Of a stretch of DNA of 64,000 nt, positions 51,546 through 61,560 are shown piece after piece. Origin of the DNA: Nitrosopumilus sp. (GTDB taxonomy: Archaea > Thermoproteota > Nitrososphaeria > Nitrososphaerales > Nitrosopumilaceae); contig CBDBLO010000002.1 of assembly GCA_965207075.1 (NCBI GenBank), positions 640,001 to 704,000 on the forward strand, written 5' to 3'. Both the position numbers and the translations under genes were made by a program. Each line of letters opens with the position of its first letter. Positions within the stretch are counted from its first letter, which is position 1. The notes beneath the pieces are model-generated. The model was not told the origin of the DNA. It did not search any database and saw nothing but the letters and a program-made list of their open reading frames with translations.

Positions 51546-52598
51546 TCACAGCGATCTTACGGTCTTCACCAGCGCGTCGTAGGGATCCTCCATCGTGTCC
51601 AGGAACCTCTTCACCCTTGCCCGCCTCTTTTCAGCGTCCTCCGCAGCCACCCTCCTCACCGCCCCGGGTATCTTTCGCGGGTCGGTGCACCTCCTCACCA
51701 GTCCCTTCCTCACTAGGTACTTTTCGTCCGCGTTGGGTATGCCCTCGTACGATATGGTCGGCAGGCCCCTCATGGCGGCCTCCGACGTCATGGTGCCTCC
51801 CGACCCCACGAACACGTCCGTAACCGAGAATATCGACTCGCTGTCCACCACGCTGTCAAGCACCGTGGCCCTTCCGGCGAGCTCGCGCCTGATCTCCTTG
51901 ATCTGCTCCGTGTACCTTCCCAGCACGACCACGTTGTACTCGGGCAGCCCGTCTATCATGGCCCTTATCGCGCCGGCCGTGTCAAACGTCACGCCGCTCG
52001 CGTACGCCGCCTGGTTCTCGTACGGCCGGAACAGGACGGTCTTCTTGTTCTTTGCCAGCCGTATCCTGGGCCGGCGCGGGCTGCCCGACGAGTTTCTCAC
52101 GATCACGGACTCGTCCATCGCGTCATACTGCACGATGTCCGAGCGCGGTATACCAAACATTGCAAACCTGCTCTTCGGCATGTGCCTTGGTATCAGGAGC
52201 TTGTCCAGCAGCGGCACCGAGAGCCGCATCATGGCGGCGTAGTGCGCCACGTTGCTGAACGCCACGTGCCTGATCCCGAGCCCGAACGCCACCCTAGAGG
52301 CCTCCGGCGAGCAAAAGCTGACCGCAAGGTCAGGCCCGAACCTGTTGACCACTCCGGTCAGGTCCTCAACCCTCTGCGCGGACGCGCGCAACTTGCCGAT
52401 CAGGCTGCCGCCACCGTGTCTCCCCACCAGTTTCATGCGCATGCCGCGTACCTTGGCCAGTCCGACCGCCTCCCTGTAGTCCCTGGTGGTCAGCATGACT
52501 TGGTTTTTCTCCGACAGCCTCCTTACCATCGGCTCAAAGAACAGCACGTCCTTTGGCGTGATTATGTCAAACCACACCTTGATGCCCGATGTCTTCAA
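51546..52598 (-). CDS. DUF354 family protein
   Basis: VWFDIITPK, VGRHGG, SPEASRVAFGLG, GGTMTSEAA; start inferred. Confidence 0.85.
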   Translation of the reverse strand: MKTSGIKVWFDIITPKDVLFFEPMVRRLSEKNQVMLTTRDYREAVGLAKVRGMRMKLVGRHGGGSLIGKLRASAQRVEDLTGVVNRFGPDLAVSFCSPEASRVAFGLGIRHVAFSNVAHYAAMMRLSVPLLDKLLIPRHMPKSRFAMFGIPRSDIVQYDAMDESVIVRNSSGSPRRPRIRLAKNKKTVLFRPYENQAAYASGVTFDTAGAIRAMIDGLPEYNVVVLGRYTEQIKEIRRELAGRATVLDSVVDSESIFSVTDVFVGSGGTMTSEAAMRGLPTISYEGIPNADEKYLVRKGLVRRCTDPRKIPGAVRRVAAEDAEKRRARVKRFLDTMEDPYDALVKTVRSL

Positions 52599-53251
52599 CG
52601 AAAGGATCCTCCCTCCTTTTTGGCGCTGCGCCCCGTAAACTTCCACGCCAGCATGTTGGCACTGCTCTCGTCGGCCCTGCCTATGGTGTCGACTTTGTAT
52701 CCCCTCCCCTCCATGAACGGGGGGTACAGGTGCGAGAGGTGCTCCTCGTACGGGTTGCCGTACTCGGCCCCCTGCCTGTACACGCCGTAGGGACAGCCCA
52801 GGACCACCACCTTGGATGCCGCCTCTAGGTTCTCTAGCACTCCTCCGATCTCCGCCTCCCTCAGGTGCTCGGGGCCGTGCCAGAAGAACGACACGTCGAA
52901 CCTGCCCGGTATGCTCCCGGGATCCCGGATGTCCCCGTGCACGATCTCGAGCGCCGGCGTCCATCCGTCCGTGTCGGCCCTCAGGCAGTCCGCGTTCTCT
53001 CTGAAGGCCTCCAGTATGACTATCCTGTCGTATTCGGCCTTTTCGAACCAGTCCAAAAAGTACTGCCTCCTCTTGTTGGCCCCTATGTACAGGACAGATC
53101 GGTACGCGTCGCTCTCAAATATTTCAGCCAGGTTTTTTAGCATCTGCTCGCACTCGGCGGCCGGCGGTTGGCGCCTGTGCAGGCCAAAGTAGTGATCCGG
53201 CAGACTCTCGTGTGTCAATGCGTCACCCTTGCACGGGCTGGCACCACACAT
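52595..53251 (-). CDS. SAM-methyltransferase-like protein
   Basis: VLYIGA, HGDIR, FDVSFFWHGPEHL. Confidence 0.65.
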   Translation of the reverse strand: MCGASPCKGDALTHESLPDHYFGLHRRQPPAAECEQMLKNLAEIFESDAYRSVLYIGANKRRQYFLDWFEKAEYDRIVILEAFRENADCLRADTDGWTPALEIVHGDIRDPGSIPGRFDVSFFWHGPEHLREAEIGGVLENLEAASKVVVLGCPYGVYRQGAEYGNPYEEHLSHLYPPFMEGRGYKVDTIGRADESSANMLAWKFTGRSAKKEGGSFR

Positions 53252-53322
53252 GAGACGGGCGAGCCCCGCGGCAGTTTAAAGTGTTTGCCGCGAGTCAATT
53301 TTTGAACCACCTCGGTGTCGGG

Positions 53323-55821
53323 CTAGGGTGGCGTCACGGCCGACGTCCCGTTCTGGGATTCCGCATCATCGTCCGGCACGACATCGGGCCGCGCGGTTGT
53401 TGGCTCCTCGGACGGCGCAGTCGCGCCGACCGGATCCGCTATTGGAAGGACGCCGCCTTCGCTAGCGGGATTATACTCGTCATTCACCTCGTAGATGAAG
53501 ACGCCGATCATGGGGCCCGGGGACTCTGCTTCAAACGACGGCGAGGAGTACGCCAGCCTGAACGGCCCGTCCCCGTCGGCGGGATACTTGACGTCCTTTG
53601 CGTATATGGCGACTGCCCCCGGCACGTACGTCGGGAACTGCTGCGCGGGGTTGTTCGGGTTCACGTACGTGGCCAGGCTGAACGGGAACAGGTGGGCCAC
53701 CGCGGTGCTGTCCCAAAAGTATTCCGTGCCGCTCATCCCGTCCATGTGCAGGTACAGGTTGGGGTCGTGGCCGCCTATCCGTATGAACCACTGTTTTTTG
53801 GACTCGTCGCCGCCGTGCTGCAGCGAGTAGAGCGGGACGGGGGACTCGCTTTGCAGGAGCTGGCCCGCCACGAAGACCAGCACGTAGTCGGCGCCCAGGT
53901 CGCGCAGGTCGTGCCACGCGTCGTCGGGTGCGCTGATGAACATGTCTGCCAGCATCTCGATGCGCGTGTGGTTGCCGGTCCAGTTGTCCGCAAGCGACGC
54001 CCTTTCGCCGACCGTGCTTATCCAGTATCCGTAGTCCCACCAGGACGCGATGACGGCGTCGGGGTGTGTGCTGTTCTTTATCCACGCCAGCGCGTCGGTC
54101 CAGTCGTCTGTGGGCGTCCCGAACGACGCGCCACCCGTCAGTATGGTCGGCGGCGTGTCGGTGATCGTAAAGACGTCGGACGCGCCGCTTCCAGAGTATA
54201 TCAGGGGCAGGAGCAGCAGCGCCGTTATGCCTGCCACGTACGGCATGCTCAGGATGCCGGGAACCGGCCGCCTGCCGCCCTGGCGGCCGCCACCGCGGCG
54301 CGGCGGCGGTATGCGCACGGCGCGGTGCTGGGCGCGCGCGGACAGCGGCTTTGGACCGCCGGAGGTTCTGATCTGGGCCGTATCGCCCTGCGGCTTTGCC
54401 ACATCGTCAGACGGTTTGTTGCCGCCGCCCGTCTGGACGCGATCACCTCGAGCCGCATGGGATCCGGCCGCGTCATAATCACCGCCGTGCATTCCCGTGC
54501 CGCCCCTCCCAAGGAACTCCCGCGAGAGCATGCCAAGCCCTAGCGACGCCATTATAATGACGGACACTGCTGCAAACACCTCCAGCCGGACATACGACGA
54601 GCTGATGTACACGCCCGTCATGCCGATCATGAGTGCAAACGCGAGCATGTCAGGCCTGATGTAGACCCTGTCCTGCTTGTACCTTGCAAGCGCCCTTATG
54701 ACGAGCCATATTCCGATTCCCGCGAATATCATGAACACCGTATGGAACAGGAACGACTGCTGGAGGGTGGTGGTGGCGTGCTCGGCCACGGACTCGACGA
54801 GCGGAATCTCCGTCGTCATGAACGGGTTGAGCGCGTTGAGGTACCTGTAGCTTGGCAGGCCCACCGTATTGCTCTCGGCTAGTACTATGCCCCCTACTGG
54901 CAGCACCGCAAGCACGGCCGCCAAAAATATCAGCCCGTTCCGGGTCTTGTGCCGCGCGCTCTTTTTCTGTATGAATATGCAGGCGACGAGGAACCCTGCC
55001 GATACGGCCAGCGCGAGTATAGAGAAGGGCGTGGACGCGATGCCCCTCTCGAATAGGAGGGAGGTGGCCAACACAGACGCCGCGAAGAGCGGGACCGCCC
55101 ACAGCAGAAAGTTGTGGTCCCTGCGCAGAAACGGGAGCGCCAGGAACAGGACGCCTATCGTTATTATGAGAAACTGGTTTCCGCCCCATGCGGACACGGA
55201 CGAGGATACGAGGAGCCCCGCGGCTATCATCCTTGCCGCCGCCGTCCCCCTGCTAGCAGAGTACAGCCCGCTTACGAACAGGTATGCGGCCGTTATGCTC
55301 AGAAACAGCCCAAACGGCTCGGACTTGAACCACCCTATGGGGGATCTCACCAGTATGGGCAGCGACACGGAGTACAGCATGGCCGCGAAAAGCCCTGCCG
55401 AGGTGCCGCCCATGACGCGCACCAGCGCAAAGATGGACACCGCGGTCAGCGCCCCGAATATGGTCGGGAACAGTATGGTATAGTCGTACAGGGGCATGCC
55501 GCCGCCGAACATCTGGTACGTGACGGCGGCCGCCATGTGCAGGGCCACCTGTGACGAGGCGGATACGTCCCTGCCGTTGGGATACCAGCTCATGGTGTCA
55601 TGCCACTCGTAGTAGGCGGGTATGCCGTTCTCTACCATGTAGAGCGTTGCCCTGTAGTTGAAGAACGGGTCGAACTCGTTGAGCTCGAATCCGTACTGGG
55701 CCGGCTGGGCCCTTATCAGGAACGCGACGGCGACGGCCGCGGCAAGTATGGCTATGACCATCAGGTGCCTGTACCGGAGCGTGTGATTCCCCACGGATGC
55801 CAGTATTGTGTTGCCGTTCAA
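53323..55821 (-). CDS. aglB: oligosaccharyltransferase AglB (STT3)
   Basis: EFDPFFNYR, many TM segments, SVAEH, WWDYG, DESK. Confidence 0.93.
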   Translation of the reverse strand: MNGNTILASVGNHTLRYRHLMVIAILAAAVAVAFLIRAQPAQYGFELNEFDPFFNYRATLYMVENGIPAYYEWHDTMSWYPNGRDVSASSQVALHMAAAVTYQMFGGGMPLYDYTILFPTIFGALTAVSIFALVRVMGGTSAGLFAAMLYSVSLPILVRSPIGWFKSEPFGLFLSITAAYLFVSGLYSASRGTAAARMIAAGLLVSSSVSAWGGNQFLIITIGVLFLALPFLRRDHNFLLWAVPLFAASVLATSLLFERGIASTPFSILALAVSAGFLVACIFIQKKSARHKTRNGLIFLAAVLAVLPVGGIVLAESNTVGLPSYRYLNALNPFMTTEIPLVESVAEHATTTLQQSFLFHTVFMIFAGIGIWLVIRALARYKQDRVYIRPDMLAFALMIGMTGVYISSSYVRLEVFAAVSVIIMASLGLGMLSREFLGRGGTGMHGGDYDAAGSHAARGDRVQTGGGNKPSDDVAKPQGDTAQIRTSGGPKPLSARAQHRAVRIPPPRRGGGRQGGRRPVPGILSMPYVAGITALLLLPLIYSGSGASDVFTITDTPPTILTGGASFGTPTDDWTDALAWIKNSTHPDAVIASWWDYGYWISTVGERASLADNWTGNHTRIEMLADMFISAPDDAWHDLRDLGADYVLVFVAGQLLQSESPVPLYSLQHGGDESKKQWFIRIGGHDPNLYLHMDGMSGTEYFWDSTAVAHLFPFSLATYVNPNNPAQQFPTYVPGAVAIYAKDVKYPADGDGPFRLAYSSPSFEAESPGPMIGVFIYEVNDEYNPASEGGVLPIADPVGATAPSEEPTTARPDVVPDDDAESQNGTSAVTPP

Positions 55822-55917
55822 CGACTGACACGCTTACCGGTGCGAATATTACTTTTGTTATGTGTACAAGCGACAGGGCATGGTACCACTTTATACGATG
55901 TGTAATCAACACCGTGT

Positions 55918-56832
55918 ATGGCGCGGGGTTATCCCATACACGACGTGCGGAGGCGACTCATCGAGGCGCTGGGGGATGCGGACACCAAGGGGGGCATGTC
56001 CGGCGTGGAGCTGGCCAAAGCCCTTGGAATGAGCCGCACCACCGCATCCAAGTATCTCAGGATACTTGCAGCAGATGGCACCCTGGACCGGAGGGAGGTG
56101 GGCAACGTCACACTGTGGTCGCTGCGTCCCGGGCAGGAGTCCTTTGCGTTTCCAGACGATTACTTTAGGGCCGCGTCCGCATACATGGAGTGCATCAGGA
56201 ATGCGTCAGAGTCGGGGGCCGTGCAGGTGGTCCGCAACTGCATCAGGTCGGGGGCTTCCCCCGCGAGCTTGGTACTGGACGTGGTGCTGCCCGCGTCAGA
56301 CGCCATACACGACCTGTACGAGACGGGCAAGATCGGGACGGCCGAGCAGAATTACTTGGGCGGCATAATCTCACGCTCCCTGCATGCAATAGAGGGCCAC
56401 GGCGCGGGCGTGCGCGCAGGCCGGGAGAAGGGAAAGAGCGTGCTTGTGATCGCGGCCGATTCGCGCAGCGGGCCCGTGTCGCACGCGGCCTGCTCGATAT
56501 ACCGCTCCGGCGGGTGGACCGTCTTTGAGCTCGGGGACATGTCGGCGGCCGCCGGCGTGCTGTTTGACCTTGACTTTGAGAGGCTGGCCGGCAAGGTGTG
56601 GACTCCAAGGGACGGGCCGCTCGTAACTGCCGTATTCTCCAGCACGGCCGAGGGGCTGAACTTTTTTGCAGACAGCATATATCCCGTGTCCAGACGGTCA
56701 AGGCGCATGCACTTGCTGCTGTGCGGCCGCGGGCTGGCCGAGCCCGTGTCCGGCATGAAGTCGTGCGACTATTACATAGACGGGGATGTATCCAAGGTGA
56801 TCCAGATATCTGACGCTATATCTGCAAGGTGA
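55918..56832 (+). CDS. HTH regulator with B12-binding-like domain
   Basis: SGVELAKALGMSRTTASKYL; LYETGKIGTAEQ cap motif. Confidence 0.8.
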   Translation: MARGYPIHDVRRRLIEALGDADTKGGMSGVELAKALGMSRTTASKYLRILAADGTLDRREVGNVTLWSLRPGQESFAFPDDYFRAASAYMECIRNASESGAVQVVRNCIRSGASPASLVLDVVLPASDAIHDLYETGKIGTAEQNYLGGIISRSLHAIEGHGAGVRAGREKGKSVLVIAADSRSGPVSHAACSIYRSGGWTVFELGDMSAAAGVLFDLDFERLAGKVWTPRDGPLVTAVFSSTAEGLNFFADSIYPVSRRSRRMHLLLCGRGLAEPVSGMKSCDYYIDGDVSKVIQISDAISAR

Positions 56833-57110
56833 CCGCGTATCTAAAAACCGAAAGATGGGCCTGATTATGACATGAAGGTTCTTGTAGACGGTTTCAGGCC
56901 CAGAGCAGCCTAGAACCCCACGCAATCATGCATGGCCGCGCGAGTCACGGTTTGAACACAATCGCCACCGGTGTCACTCGACGAGGGCTCTTGGCATTCT
57001 GCTGTATGCCAAGCATGCCCAAACCACACGTCGCGATCATGTCTCGTTCTTATCTTGTAGAAGAACCGAAACGTCGTGATCTTTTTATGCCTATCACGGG
57101 TATTGCTGAC

Positions 57111-57599
57111 ATGAAAGCGGCTAGGAGGGGCTTTCGAACCCTGTTCTACTTTAGAACGGGATACGCCACATACCTAATCATACTGCTGGGGGCAGTCAAC
57201 GTCCTGACGTCCACCTACTTTCTGGCCATAGATGAGGTGCCGCTTATCAAGGAGATCTTTCCCACGTTTGAGATCTACGTCATAACGGCGGTGCTGGTGG
57301 CGATTCCCGTGGTTACGGTCGTCGGATACGCCCACTACAAGAGGATAGGCGCGCACTCTGCCGCCATGGCAATTAACATGCAGAACAACATATTCAACTA
57401 CAAGTTCCAGCCCGGGTTCACCCGGGAGGTGTTCGGGCCTGCCTACAAGATGATCCTGAGGTCCGTCCTCAAGCGCTCCATCTCCGAGAATCTTACAGAC
57501 GAGGAGATCGGAGAGATTGACCGACTCCGGGAGCGCCTCCGGCATCTGATCGATGGGGGGAGCGTGGGTTCGTATGCGAGGGGAGTGATAGACGATTGA
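57111..57599 (+). CDS. membrane protein (paralog 1)
   Basis: FYFRTGYATY...GAVNVLTSTYFLAID. Confidence 0.8.
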   Translation: MKAARRGFRTLFYFRTGYATYLIILLGAVNVLTSTYFLAIDEVPLIKEIFPTFEIYVITAVLVAIPVVTVVGYAHYKRIGAHSAAMAINMQNNIFNYKFQPGFTREVFGPAYKMILRSVLKRSISENLTDEEIGEIDRLRERLRHLIDGGSVGSYARGVIDD

Positions 57600-58153
57600 G
57601 CAAAGATGGCGGGAACGGCGCCGGCAGCGATGGCCTGCGCAGCAACGAGGTGCGCGACGGCAGCCACAGCTCCAAGCGGTCGGTGACCTTCCGCTCTTGG
57701 TTCTACTTCCGGACCGGATATTCGGAGTATTTTGTATTTATATTCGGCGCGGCCAACACACTCACCCTGACGTACTATCTGGCGGTGGACAACTATCCGG
57801 CCCTGCAGTCCGTATTCTCGAGCTTTACGCTGTACATTGCACTCGTAACCCTAGCTGGGTTCCCGATTCTGATACTGGCCGGCTACCTGCACATGCGCCG
57901 CACGAGCGCGTTCCGCTCCCAGGTCGAGATAAACGTCGAGAGCAATCCGTACATGTACAAGCTTCCGCCCGGCGTGCACCAGGAAGTGTTGGCGCCGCTG
58001 CTTTACGAGGTTCTGGGCGCGCTCAAAAAGGCCGACGCGGGGGAGAGGCTGACCCCCGACGAGGTCAAGGCCATGAGGAACCTGGACGAAAAGCTCGAGT
58101 TTCTGGCGGGCGGAGGCATACTGAGGAGGCCGGAGAACTTTGGCGGGCTGTAA
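57596..58153 (+). CDS. membrane protein (paralog 2)
   Basis: FYFRTGYSEY...GAANTLTLTYYLAVD. Confidence 0.8.
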   Translation: MSKDGGNGAGSDGLRSNEVRDGSHSSKRSVTFRSWFYFRTGYSEYFVFIFGAANTLTLTYYLAVDNYPALQSVFSSFTLYIALVTLAGFPILILAGYLHMRRTSAFRSQVEINVESNPYMYKLPPGVHQEVLAPLLYEVLGALKKADAGERLTPDEVKAMRNLDEKLEFLAGGGILRRPENFGGL

Positions 58154-58333
58154 CGGCAGCACCGGTAGCAACCGCAGCCTCAGAGTTAATTCTGTGGGCC
58201 AGTACATGGGGATGTAGATTCCCCCCGACATGGGGATAACGGGGCTTTTCAGGAGGCGGGGGAGGAGAGGTAGATACGACCGTGGACTTGTGACACGGGG
58301 AGAGAATCCGTCTTGGCGCCGTGCGTTGGGAGA

Positions 58334-60174
58334 TCACGGTGCCTTCCTGTTGCCCGATCGATACGCGTGGGAGTTGTTTGGTGCGATTGTGCCGACGTAC
58401 GGATCTATCACGTCTCTGAAGTCGTCCTCTCCGGGGAATAGCACCGTGCGCATGGCCGCAAACGCCTTGATCTCCGCGCCGGGGTATGCATCGTGGATCT
58501 TATGGTATGCTGCAAGGAATGTCGTCCCCCGCGTAACCACGTCGTCGATTAGCAGTATGCAGGGCGGCTCCGTAAACAGGTACCTCATTTCAAGGGAATC
58601 GCAGTGCTCTTTGACTGTCGGCCGCTGACCTTGGGCGCTAATGGATGCCTTTTGCATCGGTGCTGTGCGCAAAAGGCACGGCACTATAGCTAGAAGCAAA
58701 AGTCCTTGAGGGATCAAACTTGTCAAACAGAAACAGATTTTGATCCCCCTGTATCACGCACGGCATGGCAACAGTAGGACCGGAGGACCTGAGGAAAGCG
58801 TACAGGAAGGAAAGAGACCCACGGGTCAAGATCAGGATGGCTGCGGTAAACATGGTATGCATGAACAACGAGAGCATACAGCATACGGCGGACTCGCTCA
58901 TGCAGTGTCCCAACTGGGTCTCCATGTGGGTCGAACGCTTCAAGGAGGGCGGCATAGTCGCCCTCCGGGACCTCCCAAGGCCTGGCAGGCCGCCCAAGGT
59001 GGAGCGCAGTGAGATGGAACGTATAATGCGCGGGGCATCCGGGTCAAGGACCACCGCCACCGCGCTGCAGCAGGACATACGTCAAAAGACGGGAGCCTTG
59101 TTCCACATCACGTACGTCAGGAAGCTCATGCACAGGTACGGCCTGACCCCCAAGGCCGCCACCGCGATACACGTCAACCGCGCGGGCAGCAGGGCCGTGA
59201 ACGCGTGGCGGTACCGCGCAAAAAGGCGCATTTCACGCCTGAAAACGGCCGGGTTTACGATACTGGCAGAGGACGAGTCCTTCTTCATCCATGACACCAA
59301 GTCCGGGCGCAAATACTGGTCCCCTGCGGGGACAAGGATAACCGTCCCGTACACTGGAAGCCACAAAAAAGTGACGGTATACGGGGCCGTCACCGACGGC
59401 GGGAAGCGGTTCTTCAGGGTGTACGACACCGGGTTCAACACGGAGACGTTCATCCGGTACGTCGTGGAAATGAACAGGCGGTTCGGCAAAATAGTCGTGG
59501 TTCTGGACAAGGCGTCACCGCACTGCTCCAAGGCCCTGAAGCAGAGATTCGGGCGCGACAGGGACGTCAGGTTCGTCTACCTGCCGCGCGGATCGCCGTA
59601 CCTCAACATGATCGAGGAGTACTGGCGGCAGGCAAAGCACCGCCTGCTGGTATCAGAATACTATCCGACGTTTTCCGACATGAGAAGGGCCGTATCCGAA
59701 TACTTCAGGACATCGAGGCTCAGCCTTGACATGTACGCGTACCTTGACAGGTGGTCAGCACCAATACTCAAGAACTTTTGATCTTAGCTATACATCCTTC
59801 CCCAAACCCGCCATCTTTAGCTCGTTTGCCAGGACGTGCGGAACCCACAATGTGTCGGATCTGGTACGTTTGGAATCCGGAACTGGGACAAGAACGGTAT
59901 CTCTGGAAAAAAATTCGGAGAACGTACCAGAACCTGCACACTGCTTGGCAACGAGCTGGGCGAGGGAATACTGTCCACTCGGTGGGATCCGGTTCTGTTT
60001 TAATGCAATCATGTACTCGTGTGCCTGAGAAAGCTTGTCCGGATCTGTTCCCGCGTTCCCTTCATTCCACCGACGTTTTGGAAGATAGGATAACAGCGAG
60101 GCAAACTTAACGGCCGTTAATGGCATGCAGGACACCTTGCTTGTGGGGGATCTATGGGATGGAGGGTCATCCAA
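58334..60174 (-). pseudogene. phosphoribosyltransferase (ComF/ShosT-like) split by IS630
   Basis: Removing the IS and one TA restores ...GLGKDV-VPCLLRT... in frame; LVPVP and LLIDDVVTRGTT motifs. Confidence 0.88.
58687..59790 (+). mobile_element. IS630 family element, copy 2 (transposase 58765-59781)
   Basis: Same transposase and ends as copy 1; TA duplication. Confidence 0.95.
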
Positions 60175-60838
60175 ACACGTCTATCAGCTTGATGTTATGT
60201 GGCACAACGTCTAGTATGTCCTCGTAATTCTCAAGCGTGATTGCGCCGTAATCCTCCATCTCTTCCAGCCATTTCGGTCGCCGCCTTGCTACGGGCCCGC
60301 ACACAAACAGAGGCCTCTTCATCCTGATGGCCTCCCATCCCTGGTGTCTGGTTCCGCTGTCCTCGCCCGCCTCGACTATCACGCTGGCATCCGATATCAG
60401 CGCCATGGTACGGTTCCTCATGACAAAGTTTTTCTTGGTGACTGGGCGCTCGCCGGAAAACTGAGATACGACCAGATGGCGGTCTGCAATACGCGCCTGC
60501 AGATCCCGGTTTGACGCCGGATATGTAACGTTCAGCGGGGTACCAAGTACTGCCACAGTCCGGCCCCCATACTCGATGGTACTTTTGTGCGATGCGGCAT
60601 CTATCCCCGCGGCAAGGCCGCTTACCACGGTGGCGTCGTTGTCCACGAGCATCTTGGTTAGAGCTTGGGCTTCTTTGACACCCTCGCCGGTGGGGCGCCT
60701 TGTACCCACTACTGAGATCCTTGGTGGCGAGAGCGGGATGTCCATGGGCCCCTGCACGTAAACCCTGCCGGGAGAGTTCTTCTCTTCTGTCCCGTTGAGC
60801 GGCCTCCCGATCAAGTCTTCAATTGTAACTGTACGCAT
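60167..60838 (-). CDS. dprA: DprA/Smf-like protein (ShosA-like)
   Basis: VVGTR, VSGLAAGID, VLGTPL...YP, FVMRNR, VEAGEDSGT. Confidence 0.93.
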   Translation of the reverse strand: MRTVTIEDLIGRPLNGTEEKNSPGRVYVQGPMDIPLSPPRISVVGTRRPTGEGVKEAQALTKMLVDNDATVVSGLAAGIDAASHKSTIEYGGRTVAVLGTPLNVTYPASNRDLQARIADRHLVVSQFSGERPVTKKNFVMRNRTMALISDASVIVEAGEDSGTRHQGWEAIRMKRPLFVCGPVARRRPKWLEEMEDYGAITLENYEDILDVVPHNIKLIDVFG

Positions 60839-61560
60839 GTCTCTCTTTGGGACACATAATGTATTAAATTTTTGACAGCAGATTCCTGTGCATTATGGGG
60901 CATCTGCGCGTCATGTGACTGTGTTTGCTTTTTTCGTCCGTGTTTTGAGCGTAACGGTGAGGGACTGGGTGGAGGCGATGGAGCAAGGTGGAGGGACTGA
61001 CGAAACCGGCGCCAGGGCGCGTGCTGCGACGGATCGGGCGTTTTTTTTGCATCTTGCGCACGCCATGGGGGGATAGGTCCTATGTGGTGACGGATGCGGC
61101 CTGCCTGGCGCCAAATTTCCAATTTCCAGCCGCGTGTGCGGGATTTGTCTGCCGCATTGCTAGGGGGGCGCCACTGCTCAGGCGGCCCAACCCGTTCTGC
61201 AGCAGGGTGGGAGTGACGCCCCACGGGCTGGCAAGCGCCGGCGGGATCTGGCACTTGATGTCCGGCGGCAGGTTCCTGATCAGGCGCAAGGCGGCGCCCG
61301 CGTGAGGGCCCTGTCTGCCGGGCATGCTGGGCCTGTCGTCCGGTTCCGATTCCATCGTGGTCCGCCGTCTGGCAACTGCGGCCCCCCGTGGTGCGGCGCA
61401 AGAATCCCTGCTGCCGCAGGGCCGGCAGGCGGGCCCTGCCCTTGAAGGCGGCGGGCCGGCGCCTTGACAGGCGGCGGTGGCCTTCGATGGGCCGCCGGCA
61501 TCGTTCCCTGGGGGGATCGACGTCGTAGACGTTATTAACTAATTTTTTCATCAGGCGTAG

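Noticed and set aside
60840-61550. ORFs 60811-61551 and a weak TIR-like CTGTCAAA near 60875
   Set aside because: Arg/Pro-rich non-protein-like translations; no partner end or TSD found.
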